Made by a program: the position numbers and the translations under genes. From positions 64,269 to 128,268 of the forward strand of contig JAHDYR010000040.1 in the NCBI GenBank assembly GCA_019828565.1: a DNA stretch of 64,000 nt, read 5' to 3'. The first letter of the stretch is position 1; the number at the start of each line of letters is the position of its first letter. Of this stretch, positions 53,899 to 64,000 are shown one piece after another. The notes under the pieces were generated by a model. It worked only from the letters and a program-made list of their open reading frames with translations. It had not been told where the DNA came from and made no database searches. The stretch is from Carpediemonas membranifera BICM (Eukaryota > Protista > Fornicata).

Positions 53899-56800
53899 TG
53901 TTGGCAATGAACGTTTACATAAACTGCACTTGACTTTGAGCTCAGACCACACTTCCCCCCTGTAGCGCAGCTACACTTCACAGTCGCTATCTAAATTGAT
54001 CGAACACGGGCTTCACTCGCTTCAGCTCCTGATATCTGTCGACCGCTTCGAGCTCATCAATCTCCTTGTCGAAAGGTTGCCATGTGTCTTCCTCCTCCTC
54101 GTACCCTTTCCAATGAATCCGCACCATCAGTCTGCGACTGCGCTTGTGCTTTTCAATCTTGTGGTCAACGATTGCTGCGACCTCGTAGTACTCACCCTCG
54201 CTGGCGGCCATGGCCTCGATCTCGGCCAGAGGGGCAGTCGTCACGAACTTTCTGAGGCGTTCTGCGTGCACGACCATTTCCTTCTGGGCGTTCACATCTC
54301 GTACCACGTACGTGTTGGGGTGCTCGGCGCGCTCTACAAGCAGCATGGGCCCGCGAAGCTTGTCCTGAAGCTTAGCGACCCGCTCCACCCGTTCCAGGAG
54401 CACGTAGCTACCCGGCTCGAGGTCGTCCTCGATGTCTCCCTTCCCCTCCGTGCGGGCGAGCGCCTCTTCTTGTATTGCTCTGCTCACCTGCACGGCTCTC
54501 CTGAACGAGATGAGGCCGCCAGGGGTAGGTTCATCCGCCCTGTCGCTCCGTGGGAATAGAACGTCGAACGGGGTTAGTCCTGACCGCGAAAACGCCGCTG
54601 AATTGACGATGTACTGTACGTCCCGCACGGTACTCAGCCATGTCGTGTTCGGTCCGCAGTCGGCCATCAGCGCTCGGATGTGCCTCATAATCTCACCGTT
54701 AACTCTCTCGACTATTCCGTTTCCAGCAGGATGATATGGTGTCGAGAACCTCTGGCCAATGCTCAGCTGACTCGTCAGTTCTGCGATGACTGCGTTTCTG
54801 AACTGTGTCGCGTTGTCGGTCTGAATCATTCTTGGGCGACCGTATCTGCTGGCCCAGTCCAGTATCGCGCTAGCTGCGCTCGCAGCGTCAGTGGACGGTG
54901 AGGGAAACAAGTTGACCAGTTTGCTAAACGTGTCAACTACGACAATGATATGACGCATCCCATCCACCAACGGCAGTGGTCCGATCGTGTCCAACTGTAC
55001 CACTTCGAACGGGGTGTGACCCGCTGTCCGGTGAGTGTCAAACTCCAGTTCTCTGAGGGCCTTCGTCGTCTCATATATTCCCCGGTGGCCGTTGGTCCCG
55101 CCGTGGACCATGTTGAACTGGCGACCGAACTCATCCACTGAATGGTCGAGGACGGTCAGGCTCTCGGTGGGGACCAGCCTGGACAGGGCGTCGGCGACTC
55201 CGTTGCTTGCTCCAGGAACGTGGACCACTGTGAAGCGGTGTTCTTCGAGCATGAGTCGCCACCTGAGCACCTTGGGGTTCACCGCATCAGCGATGTAGCA
55301 CAGGTTCCTGTGATCTGTATGTATGATAAAATGCTCGCCGGCTAACAGTCCTCCAGCCTTCTTCACGCAGTATATGATGCCGTAGGCCTCTTGTTCATAT
55401 GTCGACCAACGTCTCTCTACCGCGGTCAGCGTCTTGCTGAAGAAATAAGCGGGTCTGAAACGGCCTTGCTGGTCGTACTGGCCCATGACACCTCCTACTC
55501 CGACGTTGGATGCGTCGGTGAAGAGATGAATCGTCTTGTCGGGATCAAGGTGTGCCAAGTAGCACTCGTCGCTGGTGAGTCGCTGCTTCACCTGCGTCGT
55601 GCGTCAGAGCCTCGTCGCACTCGCGTGTCCAGTTAAACTCAACGTCTTTCCGTGTGAGGGCAAGTATAGGCTCCATCATCTCCGCGTAGCGCGGGATCAT
55701 GTCACGGAAGTAGTTCGTCAACCCGGTCAGGGTCGGGATGTCCTCCTTCCCCCGTGGGGCACGAAGGTTCCGGACGGGCGCTAGGCGGTCTGGGCTGATG
55801 CGCTTTCCTTCTCCGGAGACTAGCCAGCCCAGGTAATCAATCTCGCGTAAGTCGTACGCGCACTTCTTCTCGTTGAGTACTACGCGAGCGCTGTCGAGCT
55901 TCTCGCGCACCAGTCTAAGGTTCTCACGGTACTGCTGTTCGGTTTTGCCGAAGACGACCACGTCGTCTATATATACCAGGCATGCTGTGTTAACCAGGCC
56001 GCCCAGCAGTCGCTCAAGGTTGCGCTGCATCACCGCAGCCGCGTTCGTTAACCCGAAAGGCATTCTTGCGTACTGGTAGCGCTTGCCTCCTGCCGTAAGT
56101 GCAGTCAGCTCGCGTGCTGCCGGGTCCAGGTCCACCTGATGGAAGGCCCACCTCATGTCGAGAGTCGCGAACCACGAGCAGCCCTCGAGGCTGCCGATCA
56201 GGTCACTAATTCTAGGCATTGTGTGCTTGATCGGCACCGTATTCTCATTCAATTTGCGGAAGTCTATGCACAGCCTCCACTCTCCACCCCGCTTGTGTGC
56301 CATCACCACTGGGTTGTTGTGGGGTGAGTCGCTCTCTTCGATGACTCCTTCTTCTAGTAGTCGCCTGACCTCTTCTCGCAGGCCGTCCTCTGCCGCTGCG
56401 GACCTCCGCCTTGGCTGCTGATTGTTGATCCAATCGCGATCTTTCAGCTCAATCTCTATAGTCCCTATGTCAGCGTCGACGATCCCCATATGAGTGAGCC
56501 ATTCCCACTCCTCATCGTCGTCCACCATGACGACCGCGTCGGTATCGTCAGCGTCCACGGTCGGGAGGCGCAGGTATCCAAGCTCAGCCATGGTCGGGAA
56601 ACCGATGACCAACGGTCGAGGCAAATGTGGCAGCACGTGGAACTCGAGCGAGGCCTGGACCTTGCTCAAGACTCCGGGAACCGTGACAGTCAGCTGCACT
56701 CGGCCGAGAGTTTGGACAATCCTATCGTCGCCCAGACGAACGTTCAAGCCTACCGACAGGTCGACCGTCGCCCCCAGTCGTGAGGTCTTCGCTTCATCGA

Positions 56801-57600
56801 TGAAATTGACGGTTGCTCCAGAATCGAGCAGCGCAGTCAGACTGTAGCTATCGACCTGGGCCGTCACCTCAGGTCGCCCGTGGGCGCCATCCGTAATCAG
56901 TGACATGTACGTGGCCGATTTACTCGGCTTCCTGCACTCGTTTGCGGTGTGACCGAACATGCCACAGTTCTTGCAATGCCTAATGGGCTTAGGGCACTCG
57001 CTCATCCGGTGCCCGCCGCCACAGTTAAAGCACTTGATGTCCTTGGGCGCGTGCTCATGTGTCCTGTTGTCACGCTTGGCCGCGCGGTCCACCGGCGGGG
57101 CCTTGCGAGTCCTGGCTTCGTCCGTCGTCTTGACCAGCTTGTACCCTAGGTCGGGCAAGAAAGTCTTGACTCGCTCTAGGTCTTGCACCATATCCCTGCT
57201 GACCTTGTTCGCCAGTGAGAGAACCTCGGCCAGAGGGGTGTCCTCCTTGGTCCTGTCCTTGACCTCGAAGCGGAGGCTGGGGGCCGGGATGCCTTGGATG
57301 AAGAGCTCTCGAAGGTTCAGAGTCTTAGTGGTTGTGTCGCCCATGATGGCGTGCACACGCTGAAACTCGGTGATGTACGCGGCGATGTCCCGGGGTTGAA
57401 CGCTAGTTGCCTTCAGGGACTTAAAAGCTGCGCGAACGGTAGTCTCATCTGTAGGGCGAAGTGCTCCCAGCAAGGCATCGACCCACTTCTTGTCCCGCGC
57501 CTTCTTGAGTTTTCGACGCTGACGCTTCGTGAGTTCAACGCCGTCGGCGTCTTCTCGCGGAATTGCGAAGTCCTCAGGCGTGTAAGTAGTGGTACACGTT
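53899..57600 (-). mobile_element. Gypsy element D: 5'-truncated gag-pol (one frameshift ~55600), PPT and ~53-bp candidate 3' LTR (53951-53899)
   Basis: Two CCHC knuckles, LLDSGA, YIDD, TDAS, DDE integrase, chromodomain (YEVAAIVDH...HWKGY); AGGGGGGAAG|TGTGG...CAACA; no 5' LTR found. Confidence 0.9.
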
Positions 57601-58473
57601 GTAGCTGTCAGAACGGTTGTTCGTGGAATACCGCGGGAGATATGGCGGTTGGAATGAGGAGGTGTCTCCCAAGGCTTGGCGGAAGAATGGTCAAAGTTGC
57701 GCAGGCTCGTACACGACAGGGAGGCAGAAGCTAGGTTATGTCGTGGTATCTTTGAATAGAAGCGCAACGGGCGTGCTTGATGTAGCATAAGGCATGTCTG
57801 GGCTCATGGTGTATACAGGCTTCAGGGCGACGAAAGACCTAAACAGACGAGATCGTGAATTTCCGCGCAATCAAGCGGTCATTCGTAGGAATAGGGACAT
57901 AGCTGATATGCGTTAGTCTATATGGTGTCCAATGATGTGCTGTTAAAAGCCAAGTAGCTGGGTGGGATGAAGCGATTATGAACTGTGAAATTTCACATTT
58001 TCACATTTCGCGGGATTTTTACGAAACGCGATTACTGCGATTGCGACATCTGGGAGCTAAAAAGCGGCAGATAGTCATGTAAGAAGGATCTATAACACCT
58101 CCTGAAGTTAGACTGCTGATAGCTAGTCTCGTTGTCGAGCTCTGAGCTTGCACAAAAAATTGAATCTGAATTTCACGCTCAATATTGACCTAGATCGCGA
58201 AAGTGAAGGTGTAAGAAAAGGCTAACTCGCCAACGAGAGCAGCTAGAGGAAAATGGTAAAGGGTTTTGCAATCTGCATCCCCTGAGGAGTTCAGTTTCAC
58301 ACAGAAGAGGATTTGAGAAAGCTTCCCTTTCACAACGTCTTTGGGCACCTTCGACGGCGTCGATAAAGATGAAGCATACCATTAGCCCTTATAGGCTATG
58401 ATACACATCTACTGTTGGTGAAATGTTCTGCAATGTTGTCATCGACGAGATATGGTACCACATCTTTTATATC

Positions 58474-58701
58474 TCAAGATTGATGAAGTGCCCCATCTAG
58501 CCGAGCATATCCGGGTGCTGTATGAAGGTCATATAGCACCCCAGTATGGTTGGTTAGTTGGGGCACTTCACCAATCCCGAGATCGTGTGATTCAATCAAA
58601 AGAACCCAGCGACTGAGACATCGCTGAGAGCTGAAACCAAGAGAGGATGTATAAACTGTAGTACTGAGCTTGATTACAGACCAGCTTGTCATGACGACCA
58701 C
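58474..58701 (-). pseudogene. Possible old, AT-rich RNase H remnant
   Basis: SRWVLLIESHDLGI resembles the Gypsy RNase H C-terminal RW.L.L..FD..I motif. Confidence 0.3.
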
Positions 58702-58904
58702 TTTTCTCCAACTACATAAATGCGTTTCCCTATTTACTCACCGATGAGCAAAGTAATGCTCAACAAAGATGTAAGATATGCGTTATTCATCTATAAAGCG
58801 CCTGCTGTAGTATTTAAATCGGCTTCAGGGGTTCTACTTTCGGATATCGCCATTTTCACTTCCTCATGATTTCCTCAGGCATCGAAACCCCGTTTTTAAC
58901 AGTA

Positions 58905-60418
58905 TGTAACCATCTATCGAAGGACTGTAAGGCCCGGGGCGAGGCCTCCTCCGATAAGAAACCTGCGAGGATGAACGCCGTGAAGGCTCACCATGAGGGC
59001 GAGATCATTCCCGACCCCCTCAAGCCCAGGAACAGAGTTAGAACGGTGGAACTTCGTTCGACAGTTTCATCCGCCGCTGCCTCAGTCGAGGCTCTCGCCG
59101 ACTCGGGGGCGGAGGTCAGCCTCATCAGCGAGGCCTACCTCAAGACCCTGCTGGGGGACAAAGCGGTCGAGGAGAGCGACTCCGACGTTGTAATCGAGTC
59201 TTCCAACACCACTCGCGACCGTGCCCTAAAGGCTGTGGCGCTGATCATCCGTGTCAGCAAGCCCGGCCAGTGCCACGAGGCACTGGAGGTGCAAGAAACG
59301 TTCCACGTGATGGAGCGACTCTCCGGCGACGTCATCATCTCAGACGATGTGAGCGACCGCCTCGGACTGCTAGGCAACCGCCCCGAGCTGGTTATCAACG
59401 CTCACGTCGACGCTGATGACCCAGTGGAAGCCACGGACCCATCCTTGATCTGGGCTCAGAACCCCTGGTCCCAGCCATCGGAGATCGAGAAGTTCATCTC
59501 CAAGAGCGAAAACTTCTCTCCCAGACTGCGGGACATCCTGGTCCGCCATATCGCTGTCTTCCAACCGCTCGACACGCAGCCATCCGGCGTGACCCCTATG
59601 CGAATCGACACCGTCCCCGACGCTACACCGGTTCGTCGCAGACCCTACTGGATGTCCGCATCGAGGCAGCCGACGCAGAGCTAGCCCGCCTCCAGCAGCT
59701 CGACATCATCGAGCCATCCGTCAGCGAGTGGGCAGCCGGCATCTTCTTCGTCCCACAGGGCGAGAAGCTGAGGATGGTAGTCGACTACAAGCCTCTGAAC
59801 GAGGCAACTACTACCCACGCGACCCCGATAGCCTCGTGCAACGAGCTCCTCAGCACGCTGAAGGGGAAGCAGTACTTCTGCTCACTTGATCTGAAGAGTG
59901 GCTACCACCAGGTGGAGCTTCTAGCGGAGCACCGCCACCTTAGCGCCTTCATCACGCATCGCGGGCTGTATCAGTGGAAACGGGTGCCGTTCGGGCTCAA
60001 GAACGCTCCGTCCCATTTCCAATCCGCCATGCTCAGAGTCCTGGATGGCCTCGTCTTCAACGCCTGCCTGCTGTACGTAGACGACATTTTAGTCTTTGGC
60101 GAGACAAGCGAGGAGATGGAGCGCAACCTCGACGCTGTTCTCGCAAGGCTCGAGGACCACGGCCTGAAATGCGGCCTCGACAAGTGCCGTTTCGGCATGC
60201 GAGAGGTGCTATTCCTCGGGAACATCGTCTCACCGGACGGTATTTCCATCGATCCAGCTAGGATCGACGCAATCCGCAACATGAAGAGTCCCTCATCCTC
60301 CACTGAGGTCCGTTCAGCTCTGGGACTTTTCAACTACTACAGACGGTTCATTCCGAACTATTCAGCCATTACGGCTCCCCTCAACGAGCTCACGAAGAAG
60401 GGAACGCCATTCAAATGG
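58905..60418 (+). mobile_element. Gypsy fragment (knuckle remnant, protease, RT), frameshift ~59670
   Basis: HLSKDC, LADSGA, VVDYKPLN, DLKSGYHQ, PFGLKNAP, YVDD; truncated at PFKW. Confidence 0.9.
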
Positions 60419-62107
60419 CTAGAGCCAGGTGATGGGAGGGAACTTACGGCGTAGTTGGGCCAGGATCGGCATCATGGCCAGTGAGAAGGCGAGTGGAGAG
60501 ACGGGACAGCCTTGTTGGATGCCTTCGTCGGAGGAGAAGGTGCTTCCAGTGGTGGCGTGTAGGTTACCATTCTCGTACATGGTGTGGAGATAGCCAGAGG
60601 CAACAGGGGCATATTCTTCAACAACTCTGAGGAGATAGGGGCGCGAAACCGTGCCGTATGCGTTGGTGAGGTCAAAGGCAGCGATTGTTTGTCCTTTGGC
60701 GCGGAGGGCGCGCATTTTGGCGATCATGAGCTCGGCGCCACATTTCTCACCGAGGCCATATTGGTCAACGAAAATCTTGTCCTTCACCAGGCGGTCGCGG
60801 ACGGCCTTGGCAAGTATGCGGCCAGCGATGCGGCGGAGGGACTCGCCAATCGCGATGGGGCGGATGTCTGTTGCGGAATTCTTGGGCACGGGGACAAGTA
60901 TGGCGTGGGCGAGGGCGGCCGTCCAAGGCTCGCCGTTGACGATATCTTGGATTAGGGGGACCAGGGACCTAGAGAGCTTGCCGCGGGCGCGCAGCATCGT
61001 CTTGAGGTGCAGGAAGGAGAGGCCGGAGGGCCCGGGGGCTGAGTCGAAACGGGTGCGGTGGATGACTGTGCTGACGGTGCTGGCGGACACCTCAATGTGG
61101 CGCAGAGGTGTCGTCGGCGACACGCCGATGTCGGTCAGAGGATGGAGCGGGGTGGCGGGCACTGGGAGGAGGCGGGTGAAAGCGGTGTCGATTTCGTCGT
61201 CGGCAAGCGCCACGCGCATGGCAGTTAGGCACTGGAGGGCCTTAGCGTAGAATCCACGCTGGCACATGGTGAGGGCCAGCTTGGACGCCGCCACAGCGGC
61301 CGGCGTGGACGTCTTGGTGGCGGGCGGTATGTGCAGCGTTAGGGGGTACTGGAGCACTCGCTGCAGTTTCCCGCCGCGGTCCTCTCCCTCGGCAGCGTTG
61401 TAGTCGCCAAGGAGGGTGATGAACTCGTCGGCAAAGCGCACCTGTGCAGATTTGGAGGGCTTCTTTTCCCCCACCGCCAGGGCCTCCTTCGCGTTGAGGG
61501 GGCCGCAGGTAGGGGCGGGGCGGTCGGCCGGTGTGTGGTGGAGGATCGCAAGGTGCGGCACGGGGGTAGCAATGCTCGGTTGGGCTGGGGCTGGTGGCGC
61601 GGACTCGGGGCTGGGCGGTGTTGGGGCTGTAGGCAGCTGCGTGGCGATGGCCGTCTCATCAGTCTCAAAGTCCAGAGTGTCGGGGTCAAAGGCGTCGATG
61701 ATGTCCACGCGGTCGACGAATAGCTGTACGAAGACGGCATGAATCATGGGGCAAGCAGCGTCAAGGTTCTTGGCGTGCTTGGTGATGTCCGAGGTGGCAT
61801 AACTGCGGTGGAGCAGTAGGGCGAACTCTGCGATGAGCTCGCACCAGAAACGAACGGTGATTGTAGGGCCAGAGACGCAGGTGATGGATCTGAGCGTGTT
61901 GAGGTTTGTTACTGTGTAATAGAAGGACATGCAGTTGTCAATGAAGCGCTTCTTGGTCTTTGGTACTCGATGTTCGTGTTTCGAGACTACTGCGGCGATA
62001 ATCTGTCTAAGAAGGGAAAAACGTACAGCGTTCGCCTCTCCGGAGAGTCCTGGGACATCTGGTGGCCACGGAGGAGGCTCATCGGGCGTTCCTGCCCGGC
62101 TTCTCAT
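60419..62107 (-). mobile_element. CRE-like non-LTR RT, 3'-truncated
   Basis: SAPGPSG, PVPK...IRPIAIGESLRR, QYG, FDLTNAY, GIQQGCPVSP; stops before the YxDD motif. Confidence 0.88.
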
Positions 62108-62243
62108 ACTATGATCGAATTTACGGTGGGACGGTGGGGGAGAATCGAAGTGGAAGTCCCCGATTGATGAAGAGCAAAGAAGGAGTGCAAATAGAAGCGA
62201 ATTTACAGTCTAGTAGGCGTATGAAGCACGCGGATGATGTTGT

Positions 62244-62792
62244 TTATCGGACCGTTGAGACGTCTATCCCCCAGACTACCCCCTCGCTGTCGTTGGGTCT
62301 AGGCACTATGTCTGTCTCCTGTAACTGGGCGGGGGTGGGTGGTCCTGAGCCGGGAGGTGAAATGCTCGGGGATAGCAGCTCCGCGATCATCATCTCCTCC
62401 CTCTCGATCTGCGTTCCTGATGTCTGGTGGGCTGACGCAACGGGTCTGTCGTCGATCTCATCAATGGTGGAGAGCCTTGGGCATCCAGCCGCCCGTAGTT
62501 GCTCTAGTAGAGCCCTGCGGCGGCCTAGGGATAGCGTATGGTCACGGCCCTCTGTGTCTATACGGATTCGCGAGTCCATTCGGTGCATCAGGAATTGGAC
62601 GGGATGCGGCGGTAGGTTCCTGATCAGCTGGATTGAGCTTAGTACTTGGTGTAATCTCTGCTTGAAGTCTCGGTTTGAGGGCCTCTGGATCACTGGGAAG
62701 AGCGGACTCACAGTGGCAATGAGTTCTTCGGAGACTCTCTTGGTGAAGTACAGACCTCCAAAAATCACGAGATCGAGTCGATCACTCGACAA
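62244..62792 (-). CDS. Hypothetical ORF upstream of the CRE-like RT, possibly element-derived
   Basis: 182-aa ORF co-oriented with the RT; no motif recognised. Confidence 0.35.
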   Translation of the reverse strand: MSSDRLDLVIFGGLYFTKRVSEELIATVSPLFPVIQRPSNRDFKQRLHQVLSSIQLIRNLPPHPVQFLMHRMDSRIRIDTEGRDHTLSLGRRRALLEQLRAAGCPRLSTIDEIDDRPVASAHQTSGTQIEREEMMIAELLSPSISPPGSGPPTPAQLQETDIVPRPNDSEGVVWGIDVSTVR

Positions 62793-62816
62793 GCGTGTCT
62801 ATGGATTCCAGGCATC

Positions 62817-63479
62817 TCAAAGATCACATGTATTTACTGAAGGAAGTACTTGGGTGTGACAGCGTTCGCCATGGACGTTGGCCCCAACGTGGAGTAGAGT
62901 CGCCATCCTGGTCCAGTAACGCTCTGGTTTCTCCTCCAGCAGCTCGGCGCGGTGGAACACCATCTGGGCGGACCAGAGAGAGACACTCTCCAGAATGGCC
63001 TCTCGCTGGCTCTTGGGGGTAATCATGACCGCCAGGTCGATGCGGGCCATCGCCCGGACCGAGCACCGCTTGTATGCTGCCGTGTGGGCAGCTACGGTGT
63101 CCTCGCAGTCGCCAGCCAAAAACCATTGAGCGGAAGTTTGTGCCTTCAGGGGCCACAACGGACTGGTGAACGAGCGCTCTCGTGACCTCCGGCACCTGTA
63201 CACGGGAGAGCTGAGAAACGCCAAGCCGCTCCTTCTGTTGCCGGTTGAGCCACTTGGGGCATTGGCGGCGGGGGCGCCAGTGGAGGCAGTGGGACCGGCG
63301 GAAGCGTCGGAAAGGTCGTCGTCAGAGCTTTCGTCATCCTCGTTGACATCTTCCTCGCTCTCGGCCGCTGGGTCGAACGGGAGGCCATCCAGGGCCTCCC
63401 GCAAGCCTCTAAGAGACTTCCCCAGCGGTCTGAGGGCTTCGTCTCTATCCTCCGAGTGTGCCTCGAGGAAATTCGTCAA
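62817..63479 (-). CDS. Repeat-derived hypothetical ORF containing copy 2 of the 239-bp repeat (63205-63443)
   Basis: Shares DEALRPLGK...AFLSSP with ORF 52221-52772. Confidence 0.4.
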   Translation of the reverse strand: MTNFLEAHSEDRDEALRPLGKSLRGLREALDGLPFDPAAESEEDVNEDDESSDDDLSDASAGPTASTGAPAANAPSGSTGNRRSGLAFLSSPVYRCRRSRERSFTSPLWPLKAQTSAQWFLAGDCEDTVAAHTAAYKRCSVRAMARIDLAVMITPKSQREAILESVSLWSAQMVFHRAELLEEKPERYWTRMATLLHVGANVHGERCHTQVLPSVNTCDL

Positions 63480-63534
63480 GTTCTCGACGTATTCCTTCGA
63501 AATAGCCTGGGTAAGCGGTAGTTACTTTACTGCG

Positions 63535-64000
63535 TTCATTGTAAATGCGGCTTGGACCAACGCCGCCTCGTGGATATCGTCCACCTTAGCGCGCGGTTCG
63601 TCGTCGACGATTGCCTCCGTGAGGAGTCGGTGGGCCCGGCTTCCGACACCATCGCCTCGCCGCAGATGCGTCGGACGAGCTGATACCTTCTCAGGTACAG
63701 TGATACCTCGGCGTGCGACACCCTTGTCATCCGCCCGGTCAGCAATCGCTCGTGTCCGGTCCGGGTGGTGGGACGTACCACAAACTCGACAACGCCCATC
63801 CAGGCGCGACGCAGGCCCTGGTGGATCCCCTCCACAGATGGAATGACCGCACCAGTTGTCGCGAAGAGCGACCCAGACTGATGCATGGTCCGCACGTAGC
63901 CTGCGATGGCCGGGCAATACGCGTCAACCACCCTGGCGATGAACTAACGGGACATGGTCCCGTAGGCGTTCGAGAGATCCATGGCTGCGGTGACACCACC
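63535..64000 (-). mobile_element. Chimeric fragment: CRE-like RT fused to an element-B-like gag
   Basis: MDLSNAYG...EGIHQG continues in frame into LRRAWMGVVEFVVRP, homologous to 37385-37667. Confidence 0.8.

Noticed and set aside
57600-57788. N-terminal extension of the element D gag ORF
   Set aside because: No LTR, palindrome or gag-like sequence; probably read-through into unrelated flank after 5' truncation.

Overview
Compact, GC-rich eukaryotic protist DNA. Tiny 28-35 nt spliceosomal introns (GTTTGT/GTATGT...CTYAY(N)NYAG), GTAAA/TAAA motifs at stop codons and flagellar genes suggest a fornicate/metamonad (Carpediemonas-like); the taxon is an inference. Host genes include a FG-GAP/Cys-repeat surface protein, DNAAF4-like, AATF/Bfr2, kinesin-8, eIF4A, proteasome beta1, a C2 protein, a PQ-loop transporter, Myb, TOP1, Atg6/Beclin, a bacterial-type Fe-S-family protein, an Arf-like GTPase and NOP53. 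These are interleaved with many Ty3/Gypsy chromodomain LTR retrotransposons with very short LTRs (~53-92 bp) and with CRE-like non-LTR fragments. Highlights: (1) a Fanzor1/TnpB-like RNA-guided nuclease gene (11735-13639, two compensating homopolymer frameshifts) inside a 2.28 kb unit bounded by TGT...ACA micro-LTR-like direct repeats, a polypurine tract and a 5-bp target duplication; (2) three different Gypsy elements with a perfect palindrome in place of a tRNA primer-binding site; (3) an intact young Gypsy element, nested in another, carrying an antisense, intron-containing chromodomain gene; (4) a candidate structured ncRNA at ~21.5-21.9 kb.
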